Shown: positions 20,394 to 32,100 of the stretch, piece after piece
How positions within the stretch are numbered: the stretch's first letter is position 1
How the letters are laid out: each line of letters opens with the position of its first letter
Assembly (NCBI GenBank): GCA_045536565.1
Contig: JAZSNU010000011.1
Coordinates: forward strand, 1-64,000
Length of the DNA stretch: 64,000 nt
Source: Clostridia bacterium
Lineage (GTDB): Bacteria; Bacillota; Clostridia; TANB77; CAG-465
Direction of reading: 5' to 3'
The notes under the pieces: generated by a model
Databases searched by the model: none
What the model saw: only the letters and a program-made list of their open reading frames with translations
What the model was told of the DNA's origin: nothing
Translations under genes and position numbers: made by a program

Positions 20394-20882
20394 ATGGATA
20401 CAAAAATGAATCAGAAAAAAATTAATTGGAAAATGTTAATACTATACATTGTATTTGCGTTAGTAGCAGGAGGAATAGGTGCGCTTTTAGGTGGCAGTAT
20501 GAAAGATTTTAAAGAAGTAAATCAGCCGTCATTTGCACCACCACCAATTTTATTTCCAATAGTATGGACAGTACTATATATACTAATGGGTATATCTTCA
20601 TACCTTATTTGTTCAAATAAAACAGATAAAAAATTCAAAACAAGAGCATGTGTAATATACTTATTACAACTTACTGTAAATGTATTATGGAGTCTATTCT
20701 TTTTTAGATTAAGATGGTTTTTCTTCTCATTTATATGGGTGCTATTATTACTAGTATTTATTATATTTATGATAATTAAATTTTATAAAATAAAGCCATT
20801 TGCGGCATATTTACAAATACCATACCTACTTTGGACTACATTTGCATCTATTCTTACATATTCTATTTATACACTTAATTAA
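20394..20882 (+). CDS. tspO: TspO/MBR tryptophan-rich sensory protein
   Basis: PSFAPPPILFPIVWTVLYILMG, NVLWSLFFF, PYLLWTTFA. Confidence 0.93.
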   Translation: MDTKMNQKKINWKMLILYIVFALVAGGIGALLGGSMKDFKEVNQPSFAPPPILFPIVWTVLYILMGISSYLICSNKTDKKFKTRACVIYLLQLTVNVLWSLFFFRLRWFFFSFIWVLLLLVFIIFMIIKFYKIKPFAAYLQIPYLLWTTFASILTYSIYTLN

Positions 20883-20922
20883 AGAATATATATAACAGCC
20901 TCACATATTAATATAATGTGGG

Positions 20923-21411
20923 GTGATTTTATTGAAAAATAGAAATATGAATTATATGAATAGTTATATGCCGTATGCCATAGCGGATATAAAGGGGAGT
21001 AAAGAGTTTCAAACCATAAAAGGAAAAGTAAAATTTTATCCATGGAAATCCGGTACTATCGTTAGGACTGAAATAGTTGGACTTCCAAATGATAATAAAA
21101 ACAATTTCTTTGGATTTCATATTCATGAGGGTAGTATCTGCAATGAGGAGGAGGGAAAACCAGCCTTTGAAAGTGTAGGTAATCATTTTAATCTGGGTCA
21201 AGATGAGCATCCAAACCACTTAGGAGATTTACCACTTATCTATTCTAATGATGGTTATGCATACATGGAGTTTTATACAAACAGATTTACTCCCAATGAT
21301 ATATTAAATCGCACAGTTATAATACACAAAAATAAAGATGATTTAATGTCGCAGCCATCTGGAAATTCAGGCGAAAAGATTGCTTGTGGAAAGATTATAA
21401 AATTAAAGTAA
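20923..21411 (+). CDS. sodC: Cu/Zn superoxide dismutase family protein
   Basis: GFHIHE, GNHFN, HPNHLGDLP, TVIIH..DD, GNSGEKIACG; start uncertain. Confidence 0.88.
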   Translation: MILLKNRNMNYMNSYMPYAIADIKGSKEFQTIKGKVKFYPWKSGTIVRTEIVGLPNDNKNNFFGFHIHEGSICNEEEGKPAFESVGNHFNLGQDEHPNHLGDLPLIYSNDGYAYMEFYTNRFTPNDILNRTVIIHKNKDDLMSQPSGNSGEKIACGKIIKLK

Positions 21412-21513
21412 ATAAAAATATCTACCAATTATATATGGTAGATGTTTTTTTCTTGTATATATATATTAACAAATCAAGGTGGCTCTAAGACAAAAGCAAT
21501 ATTGACAAAAATA

Positions 21514-21531
21514 TGTAACAAATATGTTACA
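21514..21531. promoter_or_regulatory. Palindromic operator-like site
   Basis: TGTAAC-AAATAT-GTTACA just downstream of TTGACA (21502-21507). Confidence 0.45.
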
Positions 21532-21620
21532 AAATATCTAAAAGTACTTGAAATAATTTAATTTTGTTATATAATAATTGCTAAGAGATGATATAGATTA
21601 TTATCAAGGAGGGGGACACT

Positions 21621-22751
21621 TTGTCAGATATAGTAGTAAGTTCTGCAAAAAAAGTAAATATATTAGATAAGATAATACAAAGCGTAGTAATAATGGTAAA
21701 TATGGGCAAAATGAACCGTGCTATTGAAGAACATCTTGAAGTAATAAAAAACACTGACAGAGATGATCAAAGAGTATATCAAGAGAATATATTAAAAGAA
21801 ATTGTGTATGTTAAATACCAATATGATATAATGCAAAGAACAATGTATGATTTAAAAATGTCGTATTCAGATGAAATAATTGAAAATATAAATTCAACTG
21901 ATAAGACAGAAAGATTAAATCTTCAAAAAGAATTTTTAGAAATGGAATATGATAGAATTACTAAATTAAAATTTAAAAATAGGGAAGATTTAAAATATAT
22001 GCTTCTTATAATATCAGGAGCAATAGGAACAGTTAAGCAAAGCATAAAAGATGAAGGTAAAAATTTAAGATATAATCAAGTTATAAAAGCAGCGGAAGAG
22101 GTTGACACAAAAATTAAAGAAGATGAATATACTGAGGAATGCTATAAAACAGTATTTGATTGTTTAGATGGATATGTAAGTTATATTAATGATAATTATG
22201 ATATATCTAAACTACCAGATGATGAAAAAGAAATTATTGAACTTGTTATTGAATCTACTATAAATGGTATAGAATCAGATATAGATGAATTAAATTACCA
22301 ATACGACTTAATAATTAATATTTGCAAAAATGCATATAGATATTTTGGTATAGTGGACAAGATATTTGAAAAAATACAAGAAGTTTATGAAGAGTCATTA
22401 GAAAGACAAAGTATAAATGTTATGGACTTCGTATCATTTTATAAGCAAATATATGATAAGAAAATAAAAACTATGGTAAATGATGTACATAGAACAATAA
22501 AGACAGAAGATGAATATTTAGAATATTCAAAAGCACTTCAAGATGAAACAATTGAGGAGTTTGTATTAAAAAAATCCTTAGAAACATGTATATCAGAAAA
22601 AGTAAAAGATTTGTTACAAGAAGAATTATCAAAATATGTATATGAAGATGAAGAAACAGAAGAACAAGAAGTCGTTGATAATGTTGAAAATAATGAGAAC
22701 ATTGAGCAGCAAAAAGAGGTAGAAAATAATAAAGTAGAAGAAGCAGTATAA
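21621..22751 (+). CDS. Acidic, predicted helical hypothetical protein
   Basis: 376-codon ORF, TTG start after AGGAGG; no motif recognised. Confidence 0.7.
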   Translation: MSDIVVSSAKKVNILDKIIQSVVIMVNMGKMNRAIEEHLEVIKNTDRDDQRVYQENILKEIVYVKYQYDIMQRTMYDLKMSYSDEIIENINSTDKTERLNLQKEFLEMEYDRITKLKFKNREDLKYMLLIISGAIGTVKQSIKDEGKNLRYNQVIKAAEEVDTKIKEDEYTEECYKTVFDCLDGYVSYINDNYDISKLPDDEKEIIELVIESTINGIESDIDELNYQYDLIINICKNAYRYFGIVDKIFEKIQEVYEESLERQSINVMDFVSFYKQIYDKKIKTMVNDVHRTIKTEDEYLEYSKALQDETIEEFVLKKSLETCISEKVKDLLQEELSKYVYEDEETEEQEVVDNVENNENIEQQKEVENNKVEEAV

Positions 22752-22834
22752 AGAAATGAATTAAAAATGTGACAATGGATATATCAAAAGTCTGTTGCCA
22801 CATTTTCTGCCGTTACATAAAGGAGGAATTAATT

Positions 22835-25108
22835 ATGGATAAAAACAAACTATATGATGCATGGAAAGGCTTTAATGAAGGAAAATGGATGGAAGAAATT
22901 GATGTTAGAGATTTTATAATCACTAACTATACTCCATATGAAGGAGATTATGATTTCTTAGAAGGAGCAACTAAAAACACAAAACATTTATGGGAAGAAG
23001 TTAGAGAATTATTAAAACAAGAGCAAGAAAATGGAGGAGTATTAGATATAGATACTCATACTGTTTCTGGTATTGCGTCACATGGTGCTGGATATATTAA
23101 CAAAAACTTAGAACTTATTGTTGGACTACAAACAGATGCACCATTAAAAAGAGCTGTAATGCCATTTGGTGGAATTAGAATGGTAGAATCATCAGTTGCA
23201 GAATATGGTCATGAAATGGACGAAAACATAAAAGAAATATTTACAAAGTATAGAAAAACTCATAACCAAGGAGTTTATGATGCATACACAACTGAAATGA
23301 GAATGGCAAGAAAAGCTGGTATTATAACTGGACTACCTGATGCATACGGTAGAGGAAGAATTATTGGTGATTATAGAAGATTAGCTTTATATGGATTAGA
23401 TTACTTAGTTGAAGAGAAAAAAGAAGAACTATTATCATTAGAATTAGATGTAATGGATGAACAAACAATTAGATTAAGAGAAGAAATATCAGACCAAATA
23501 AAAGCATTACTAGAATTAAAAGAGTTAGGAAACATATATGGATTTGATTTGTCAAGTCCCGCAAAAAATGCAAAAGAAGCTATTCAATGGACATATCTTG
23601 CATATCTTGCAGCAGTAAAAGAACAAAATGGCGCTGCTATGAGTATAGGTAGAATATCAACATTTTTAGATATATATATTGAAAGAGATATTAAAAATGG
23701 AGTACTTACAGAAAAAGAAGCACAAGAACTTATGGATCAATTAGTTATAAAACTTAGAATGGTAAGATTTTTAAGAACAAAAGAATATAACAATCTATTT
23801 GGTGGAGATCCTACATGGACAACTGAATCAATTGGTGGAATGGCATTAAACGGAAAAACATTAGTTACTAAAAACTCATATAGAGTATTAAACACTTTAT
23901 ACAATTTAGGACCTGCGCCAGAACCAAATCTAACAGTATTATGGTCTGAAAGTATGCCTATGCATTTTAAAAAATATTGTGCAAAAGTATCAATAGAAAC
24001 TAGTGCTATACAATTTGAAAATGATGACTTAATGAGACAATATTATGGGGATGATTATGCAATAGCATGCTGTGTATCTGCTATGAGAGTTGGAAAACAA
24101 ATGCAATTTTTTGGCGCAAGATGTAATCTAGCAAAAGCTTTGCTATATGCTATAAATACAGGAAAAGATGAAATCTCAGGTGTTCAGGTTGGACCAAAGA
24201 TATCTAAAATGACAAGTGAATATCTAGATTATGATGAAGTAATGGAAAGATACGATGAGATACTTACATGGCTATCTAGATTATATATTAATACACTAAA
24301 TGTTATACATTATATGCATGATAAATATTGCTATGAGAAAATTCAAATGGCATTACACGATAGAGATGTATATAGAACAATGGCAACAGGTATAGCTGGA
24401 CTTTCTGTTGTTGCTGATTCACTTAGTGCTATAAAATATGCAAAAGTAAAACCAGTAAGAAACGAAGAAGGAATAGCAGTTGATTTTGTAATAGAAGGAA
24501 AATATCCTACATATGGTAATAATGATGATAGAGTAGACGAGATTGCAAAACGAGTTCAAAAAATGTTTATGGATAAATTAAAGAAACACAAAACATACAG
24601 AGATAGTGAACATACAATGTCAATCCTTACTATAACATCAAATGTTGTATATGGTGAAAAAACTGGTAATACACCAGACGGCAGAAAAAAAGGTGAGGCT
24701 TTTGCACCTGGTGCTAACCCAATGCATAAGAGAGAACAAAATGGAGCTCTTGCAGCACTTTCATCTGTTGCAAAATTAGATTATGATGATAGTTTAGATG
24801 GAATATCATATACATTCTCAATTACACCAGCAGCGTTAGGAAAAACTGAGGAGTGGCAATTAAGTAATCTTGTTAGTATGCTAGACGGGTATTTTAAAGA
24901 AACAGGACATCATATCAATGTAAATGTTTTAAATAAAGAAACATTAATGGATGCAATGGAACATCCAGAGTTATATCCTCAACTTACAATAAGAGTAAGT
25001 GGGTATGCAGTAAACTTTACAAGATTATCTAAGAAACATCAAATGGAAGTTATATCAAGAACTTTCTATGAAAGAATAGGAACAGGAGAAAATACAATAG
25101 ATGCATAA
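22835..25108 (+). CDS. pflB: Pyruvate formate-lyase (formate C-acetyltransferase)
   Basis: [23 protein letters not shown] active-site cysteines, TIRVSGYAV glycyl-radical motif; ATG at 22835 after AGGAGG. Confidence 0.97.
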   Translation: MDKNKLYDAWKGFNEGKWMEEIDVRDFIITNYTPYEGDYDFLEGATKNTKHLWEEVRELLKQEQENGGVLDIDTHTVSGIASHGAGYINKNLELIVGLQTDAPLKRAVMPFGGIRMVESSVAEYGHEMDENIKEIFTKYRKTHNQGVYDAYTTEMRMARKAGIITGLPDAYGRGRIIGDYRRLALYGLDYLVEEKKEELLSLELDVMDEQTIRLREEISDQIKALLELKELGNIYGFDLSSPAKNAKEAIQWTYLAYLAAVKEQNGAAMSIGRISTFLDIYIERDIKNGVLTEKEAQELMDQLVIKLRMVRFLRTKEYNNLFGGDPTWTTESIGGMALNGKTLVTKNSYRVLNTLYNLGPAPEPNLTVLWSESMPMHFKKYCAKVSIETSAIQFENDDLMRQYYGDDYAIACCVSAMRVGKQMQFFGARCNLAKALLYAINTGKDEISGVQVGPKISKMTSEYLDYDEVMERYDEILTWLSRLYINTLNVIHYMHDKYCYEKIQMALHDRDVYRTMATGIAGLSVVADSLSAIKYAKVKPVRNEEGIAVDFVIEGKYPTYGNNDDRVDEIAKRVQKMFMDKLKKHKTYRDSEHTMSILTITSNVVYGEKTGNTPDGRKKGEAFAPGANPMHKREQNGALAALSSVAKLDYDDSLDGISYTFSITPAALGKTEEWQLSNLVSMLDGYFKETGHHINVNVLNKETLMDAMEHPELYPQLTIRVSGYAVNFTRLSKKHQMEVISRTFYERIGTGENTIDA

Positions 25109-25838
25109 AAATATTAAAGGAAGAATACATTCATTTGAGACATTTGGTACTGTGGATGGACCGGGTATTCGTTTTGTAGTATTTATGCAAGGCTGTAATT
25201 TTAGATGTAAATTTTGTCATAATCCGGATACTTGGTTTAAAGATGGGGGAAAAGAATATACAACACAAGAAGTATTAGAAAATATATTAAAATACAAGAC
25301 ATATTATGATTCGTCAAATGGTGGAATAACAATATCTGGTGGTGAACCACTTCTTCAAATACAATATGTAACTGAGTTATTTAAACTTGCAAAACAAAAT
25401 GATATTCATACTGCAATAGATACAGCAGGGGATATTGATATGCAAGATGAAGAAAATCTAAATAAACTAGATGAACTTTTAAAATATACTAATTTAGTGC
25501 TATTAGATATTAAGGAAATAGATGAAGGTAGTCATATTAATCTTACTGGAAAAAGTAATAAAAATACATTAATGTTTGCGGAATATTTAAATAAAAATAA
25601 TATACCAGTAGTGGTTAGATATGTGTATATACCAGGAATTAATGATAGTCAGGAAAATTTAAATGCTCTAAAAAAATTAAAAGCTGAAATGGATAATATC
25701 CAAGAGATAGATGTACTTGGCTATCACAAAATGGGTGAATATAAATGGAAAGAACTTGGAATAAAGAATGAGTTAGAACAAATACAGGTTCCTACTAGTG
25801 AAGAAGTATCAAAAATAAAAAAATATTTAAATGAATAG
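25101..25838 (+). CDS. pflA: Pyruvate formate-lyase activating enzyme (radical SAM)
   Basis: [38 protein letters not shown]. Confidence 0.96.
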   Translation: MHKNIKGRIHSFETFGTVDGPGIRFVVFMQGCNFRCKFCHNPDTWFKDGGKEYTTQEVLENILKYKTYYDSSNGGITISGGEPLLQIQYVTELFKLAKQNDIHTAIDTAGDIDMQDEENLNKLDELLKYTNLVLLDIKEIDEGSHINLTGKSNKNTLMFAEYLNKNNIPVVVRYVYIPGINDSQENLNALKKLKAEMDNIQEIDVLGYHKMGEYKWKELGIKNELEQIQVPTSEEVSKIKKYLNE

Positions 25839-25846
25839 AAACAAAG

Positions 25847-25880
25847 AGCAATAGTAAATTATATATAGTTTACTATTGCT
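25847..25880. terminator. Bidirectional terminator
   Basis: AGCAATAGTAAA...TTTACTATTGCT between convergent genes. Confidence 0.8.
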
Positions 25881-25892
25881 TTATTAATATTA

Positions 25893-26888
25893 TTATTTCT
25901 CAAAACTAGATTTTTCATTAAATATTTTCTCGAAAGATTCGTTGATTTCAGTTTTGGCTTTATCAAAATCAATTGAAGTGTCAGCATCATTTATACATAT
26001 TATTTTATATTTCTTTTTTTCTATTGCTCTAATAAGTTTTTTATTGTTATTTGACAATGTAAAATATTTTCCCATAATTTTAGATGGGATAAATTTACCA
26101 GAAAGTAATTGCCAATATCTACAAACAGCAGTACCTAGGTCGTTATCTGCTCGAAATTTATTATAACATGCTTCATCAATTTTTTTATATTCTTTTTTCC
26201 ATATAAGTTTAAATGTACTCTTTTTAAAAGTTTGAGTAAGATGAGAAGAGTAGAAATCTCCAAAATTTTTATTTTTAATACTTATTAATGTATCAAAGTT
26301 TTTTATTCCATAATTTAAGTTAAATACTTTTGATAAATTGTTCTTTATAAACCTACTTTTATTAAAATGTTTATTTACTATATTAAGATAGTTGTTTCTA
26401 AGTATTTTGTGTCTATTGCTACAATTTTTCTTGGTATATTCTATATACATATCTTTTGGAACATTATTTACAAAGAAATCAGTAGGTTTTAAATTTTGTA
26501 ATATAAATAGGTCGTCGTTAAAAAGCACAAGGTTTTCAGATAGGCCTTTAATTCTATGTAAGTTCATTTCTATAACATTAGAATTAAAAGTAGGTAAGTA
26601 TTCTTCTGGTATAAAGTCTTTATGATTTATTATAACCAATTTTTTGCTTTTTGTATCGAGCCAATTAGGTAAGTGTCCCCATGTTACAAAAAAAACTTTA
26701 TTTACCCAAGGAGCAAATTTCTCAATCCCTCTAAACAGATATTGTAAGTTTTCACAATCTCTAAATCTATTTATATTAGAATCACCTTTTATATTTAAAT
26801 ATTTGTTTTTTTCTTCTAACCACTTTGAGTCGTTGCCATCTACCCAAAGTATAACAAAATCTATTTTACTATTATTTTTTTTATTCAT
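25893..26888 (-). CDS. Stealth family hexose-1-phosphoryl transferase (CpsY/SacB-like), copy B
   Basis: CR1 IDFVILWVDGND; CR2 RGIEKFAPWV..PTFNSNVIE..FNDD; CR3 KFR; CR4 CIND. Confidence 0.92.
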   Translation of the reverse strand: MNKKNNSKIDFVILWVDGNDSKWLEEKNKYLNIKGDSNINRFRDCENLQYLFRGIEKFAPWVNKVFFVTWGHLPNWLDTKSKKLVIINHKDFIPEEYLPTFNSNVIEMNLHRIKGLSENLVLFNDDLFILQNLKPTDFFVNNVPKDMYIEYTKKNCSNRHKILRNNYLNIVNKHFNKSRFIKNNLSKVFNLNYGIKNFDTLISIKNKNFGDFYSSHLTQTFKKSTFKLIWKKEYKKIDEACYNKFRADNDLGTAVCRYWQLLSGKFIPSKIMGKYFTLSNNNKKLIRAIEKKKYKIICINDADTSIDFDKAKTEINESFEKIFNEKSSFEK

Positions 26889-26899
26889 ATCATCTAACC

Positions 26900-27907
26900 T
26901 TATATTTCAAAACTTGATTTTTCAGGTAATAATTCATTAAGTGCATTGTTAATTTCTTTTTTAGCCTTTTCAAAATCAATATCGGTATAAACATCATTTA
27001 TACACACATATTTATATTTTCTACTTTTTAATTCTTTTACAGTAGTAGTATTGTCATTTAAGAAAATTAAATACTTACTTTCATCTTTTCTAGGCATAAA
27101 ATTACCAGATACCATTTGCCAATATCTGCATAAATAATGACCCAAATCAGATGCATCTCTAAATTTATTTTGGCAGGCAAAGTTTAAGTTATCATTTTCT
27201 TTTTGCCATACAGTTCTAAAAGTTTCTTTTAGATATGGTTGTGGAGCATGGAAATTCCAAAAACCACAAAATTTATGTTTAAATGTAAGTGATTGTAATG
27301 TTCTGTAATTAAATTTTCCATATTTATTGTTAATAAACTTAGAAAAGTTCTTTTTAACCATAGTTTTTTTACAAAAATGTTTATTTATTATTGAAAGTAT
27401 ATTAGCCTTCATAAAATAATGAGGGTCGTTATATGATGATGCAAGTTGAGTGTATTCAACATATACATCAGTAGGCATGCCATCTATAAAGAAATCAGAT
27501 GGGCTAACATCTTTTAACAAAAATAAATCATCGTTAAACAGTATAAATTGTTCAGATAATTCTTTTATTCTATGTAAATTTAATTCTATAACATTTGAAT
27601 TAAAAGTAGGTAGATATTCTTCTGGTATAAAGTCCTTATGATTTACTATAACAAGTTTTTCATTGTTCGTATCAAGCCAAGTAGGTAAGTGCCCCCATGT
27701 TATAAAAAAGACTTTGTTTACCCAAGGAGCGAATTTTTCTATACCTCTAAATAGATATTGTAAATTTTCACAATCTCTAAATCTATTTAAAGAAGCATCA
27801 CCAGTTAAATTTAAGTATCTATTTTTTTCTTTTAACCATTTTTCATCATTTCCATCTACCCATAATATTACTATATCTATTTTATTATTTTCGTTCATGC
27901 TTTTCAT
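26900..27907 (-). CDS. Stealth family hexose-1-phosphoryl transferase, copy A
   Basis: Same CR1-CR4 motifs; ATG at 27907 preceded by AGGAG. Confidence 0.92.
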   Translation of the reverse strand: MKSMNENNKIDIVILWVDGNDEKWLKEKNRYLNLTGDASLNRFRDCENLQYLFRGIEKFAPWVNKVFFITWGHLPTWLDTNNEKLVIVNHKDFIPEEYLPTFNSNVIELNLHRIKELSEQFILFNDDLFLLKDVSPSDFFIDGMPTDVYVEYTQLASSYNDPHYFMKANILSIINKHFCKKTMVKKNFSKFINNKYGKFNYRTLQSLTFKHKFCGFWNFHAPQPYLKETFRTVWQKENDNLNFACQNKFRDASDLGHYLCRYWQMVSGNFMPRKDESKYLIFLNDNTTTVKELKSRKYKYVCINDVYTDIDFEKAKKEINNALNELLPEKSSFEI

Positions 27908-28101
27908 CTCGTAACTCCTATTAAAAATATATTTTATTTTCATAAGTTCAACATGTATATTATACCATATTTTATGTCATTATGTAAAGTAGTGTGGTAG
28001 AAAGTTGAAAATATTTGTTACTTTTTCTAAATCAGTCAATATATGTAATTTAGGCATGAAAAACAACTAACTAAATTTTAGTTAGTTGTTCTTTTATGAA
28101 C

Positions 28102-28656
28102 TTACCTAAGTTCATTTAAAAAATAAATATATTCATTTGGAGTAAGTAGTGTTTGTGTATCATCTGTGCAACCAATAGAATGAATCAAGTTATACCCCTT
28201 AGACTTTTCAAGTGCGTATTTAAAAGTGGGTGATTCGGAATACAATCTTTGATATGCTCGTCTTAGTAAGACAATATATTCATCGCTGTGTCTATCAATT
28301 TTGTTGCCTCTCCAATGAACTGTTTGTGTAATTCTCCAATCATCATGCATTTCTCTTATACCGTAACAGAAAACACTAGATTTACCGCATATATCTTTTT
28401 GAACATTTGGGTCTTGAACTTTAAGAGATTGAATAAAAGATTCCATAGATTCACAATAGATACCATCAAAGATAAATGGGTATGGGCAAAGGTTAGAAAG
28501 AGCCTTTGCTAATCCTTTTGATTTATACCCAATATCAATTGTGTTTTCTTCATTTAACCGGTAATTACATAAGTAATTTGAACATGCATATAATGCAGTT
28601 GTATTTTTAATTAATTTTTCTCCGCACTTTGGACAATAAAGCATTAATTCCTTCAT
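28102..28656 (-). CDS. C4 zinc ribbon fused to a phage T4 gp30.3-like NADAR domain
   Basis: CPKC..CSNYLC N-terminus; ALSNLCPYPFIFDG..SMESFIQSLK..VHWRG..IDRHS..ALEKSKG..LIHSIG..TLLT matches the gp30.3 pattern as recalled. Confidence 0.72.
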   Translation of the reverse strand: MKELMLYCPKCGEKLIKNTTALYACSNYLCNYRLNEENTIDIGYKSKGLAKALSNLCPYPFIFDGIYCESMESFIQSLKVQDPNVQKDICGKSSVFCYGIREMHDDWRITQTVHWRGNKIDRHSDEYIVLLRRAYQRLYSESPTFKYALEKSKGYNLIHSIGCTDDTQTLLTPNEYIYFLNELR

Positions 28657-28806
28657 TAGAATACCTCCTAAAATTATTTGAAAGTTATATATATAAATAT
28701 GTATTGTATTATATCATAGAATATATTAAATGTATATACAAAGGGGCGAACCCCACAAATATCTATATATTTATGGGGTTCTAAATTTTATAGAAAGGTA
28801 GAGTTC

Positions 28807-28995
28807 TCAAAGTTCGTTTTTGTTAGGAAGTAAAAATGCAAGTAGTATGTATATTAATAATCCGGTTCCGTAAAACCAGCATAACAAAAATGTAATCACT
28901 CGAATAACAGTAACATCAATTTTTAACATATCTGCTATACCAGCACATACACCTGTAACTTTACCTTTTTCTTTAATTTTGTATAATTTTTTCAT
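28807..28995 (-). CDS. pspC: PspC domain protein
   Basis: KLYK...GVCAGIA...DVTVIR...LLIYILLAFLLP. Confidence 0.92.
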   Translation of the reverse strand: MKKLYKIKEKGKVTGVCAGIADMLKIDVTVIRVITFLLCWFYGTGLLIYILLAFLLPNKNEL

Positions 28996-29181
28996 GTAAT
29001 CACACTCCTAAAATATAATAATAACTTAACCGCTTTTAGTATTAACAAAAACATTAAAACAACTTACATACAAATTATAATATAAAATGCTCTAAAAAGC
29101 AAGTGATTGGTTGTTTTTTGAACCTTTGTAAGATATAATATATAAAAAATAGGGGATAATATAAAATATAAGGAGGTACAT

Positions 29182-32100
29182 ATGAAAAACGATTTTGTAC
29201 ACTTGCACATGCATACAGAATATAGTCTTTTAGATGGAGCAAACAGAATAAAAGATTTAGTAAAACGAGTAAAAGAACTAGATATGAATGCAGTAGCAAT
29301 TACAGACCATGGCAATATGTTTGGTGTAATAGAGTTATATAAAGAATGCAAAGCAAATGGAATAAAACCCATACTTGGTATGGAAGCATATGTAGCTCCA
29401 AGAAGTAGATTAGAAAAAGAAGGTAAAGTAGATTCTGAGCCTAACCATTTAATTTTGCTTGCTATGAACAACACTGGATACAAAAATTTGATTAAATTAT
29501 GCTCAATAGGATATACCGAAGGTTTTTATTACAAACCAAGACTAGATATAGAAGTGTTAGAAAAATATAACGAAGGAATTATTGCTCTATCTGGTTGTTT
29601 AGCAGGTGCGGTTTCAAGAAAAATAATAGCAAATGATTTAGATGGCGCAAGAGAAACAATATTAAAGTATAAAGAAATATTTAAAGATAGATATTATCTA
29701 GAAATACAAGACAATAAATATAGTGACCAAATGTTAGTAAATCAGAACTTAATTAAGTTTTCAAATGAATTAAATGTACCACTTGTGGCTACAAATGACT
29801 GTCACTATTTAACCAAAGATGATTATTATGCACATGAAGTACTTTTGTGTATACAAACAAGAAAGAAAATGACAGATGAAGATAGAATGTCATTTGAAAA
29901 AAACGAATTCTATGTTAAATCAAAAGAAGAAATGGCACAGTCGTTTAAAAACTTTCCTGAGGCAATAGCAAATACACAAAAAATAGCAGATATGTGTAAT
30001 GTGGAAATAGAATTTGGACATACTATATTGCCACATATAGATGTTGGAGAAGATGTTTCTCATTTAGAATATTTTACAAATATTTGTTTTGCGGCATTAA
30101 AAGAAAAATATGATGGAGATAGATATAAGGAGGCAGAGGAAAGATTAAAATATGAAATTGAAGTAATAGAAAAGATGGGTTACATAGATTATTTCCTTAT
30201 AGTTGCCGACTTTATAAAATACGCAAAAGATAATGGAATTTCAGTAGGGCCTGGTAGAGGTTCAGGAGCAGGTTCTGTTGCTGCATATTTAAGTGGTATA
30301 ACAGACATTGACCCACTAAAATTCAATTTAATATTTGAAAGATTTTTAAATCCTGAAAGAATAAGTATGCCTGATTTTGATGTGGATTTTTGTTATGAAA
30401 GAAGAGAAGAAGTTATAGATTATGTAGCAAGAAAATATGGTAGAGATCATGTTGCACAAATTATAACATTTGGAACAATGGCGGCTAGAAATGCAATAAG
30501 AGATACAGCAAGGGCATTAGATATTCCATATCAAAAAGCAGATCAAGTAGCAAAACTTATACCACAAGAAATGAAAATGACAATTGATAAAGCATTGAAT
30601 GTAAGTAATGAATTTAAAATGTTATACGACACAGATGAAGAAGTTACAAGACTTGTTGATATAGCAAAAAAGATGGAAGGACTTCCAAGACATGCATCGA
30701 CTCATGCGGCAGGTGTAGTTATAACAAAAGATCCAGTAGATACATATGTACCGTTATATCTAAATCAAGATTCAATATCTACTCAGTTTACAATGACTAC
30801 CTTAGAAGAATTAGGTCTTCTTAAAATGGACTTTTTAGGGCTAAGAACACTTACTGTTATATCAGATACTAAATATTTGATTAAAAAGATACATGGGATA
30901 GATGTTGATTTTGGCAAAGATTTTGATGATAAAGAAGTATACAAAATGCTATCTGAGGGGAAAGCAACAGGGGTATTTCAAATGGAAAGTGCTGGTTTTA
31001 GAAATGTAATGAAAGAATTAAAACCAAACTCGCTAGAAGATATAATAGTGATGATTTCGTTATATAGACCTGGCCCTATGGATCAAATTCCAAGATATAT
31101 AAAAAACAAAAATAATCCAAATAGTGTACAATATACGCATAAAGCATTAGAACCAATATTAAATGTTACAAATGGTTGTATGGTTTATCAAGAACAAGTA
31201 ATGCAAATATTTAGAGATTTAGCAGGATATAGTTTGGGGAGAGCCGACCTTGTAAGAAGAGCAATGGGTAAGAAAAAACTAGATGTTATGGCAAAAGAAA
31301 GAGAGATATTTATCAATGGGCTTAAAGATGAAAATGGTAATTATGTAATAGATGGAGCGGTAAGAAGAGGGATAGATGAAAAATCTGCAAACCAAATATT
31401 TGATGAGATGGCTGAGTTTGCAAAATATGCATTTAATAAATCACATGCTGCTGCATATGCCGTTGTATCTTACCAAACAGCATATTTAAAAACACATTAT
31501 CCAGCAGAGTTTATGGCGGCTACAATGAATAGTTTTTTAGGTAATTTGGATAAAATACCTGAGTATATAGCAGAATGTAAATTATCTGGTATTGAGGTTT
31601 TAAGACCGGATATTAACGAAAGTTATGCAAGATTTGCTGTAATAAATGGTAAAATTCGTTTTGCACTTGCATCAATAAAAAATGTTGGTGAGGGAGCAAT
31701 AGAAAGTATAGTTGTAGAGAGAAAACAAAACGGTAAATTCTTAGGCTTTATTGATTTTGTTAAGAGAATAGAGTCTGAAAAAGTAAATAAAAAATGTATA
31801 GAATCACTTATCATGGCAGGAGCATTTGATGAACTTGAAAAGAATTATACCAGACGCGATTTACTTGAAAACTTTGAAACAATTATAGATTCAATAGCAG
31901 GCGAGAAAAGAAATAATATTAAAAATCAAGTAAATATATTTGATGTATTTTCTGAAACAGAAAATACAAACGATACATCATTAACTATAAGAAAAAGCAT
32001 AAGGGAAATATCTAAAAAAGAAATGCTTGATATGGAAAAAGAAATGATGGGATTATATATTTCAGGTCATCCACTTGATGAATATATGTCTGAGATAAAG

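Noticed and set aside
22752-22834. ZTP (pfl) riboswitch upstream of pflB
   Set aside because: Only a simple hairpin is present; the conserved ZTP aptamer sequence elements are not seen.
29026-29045. TTAACCGCTTTTAGTATTAA near pspC as a copy of the XRE operator
   Set aside because: Only the left half-site matches, which is too weak in AT-rich DNA.
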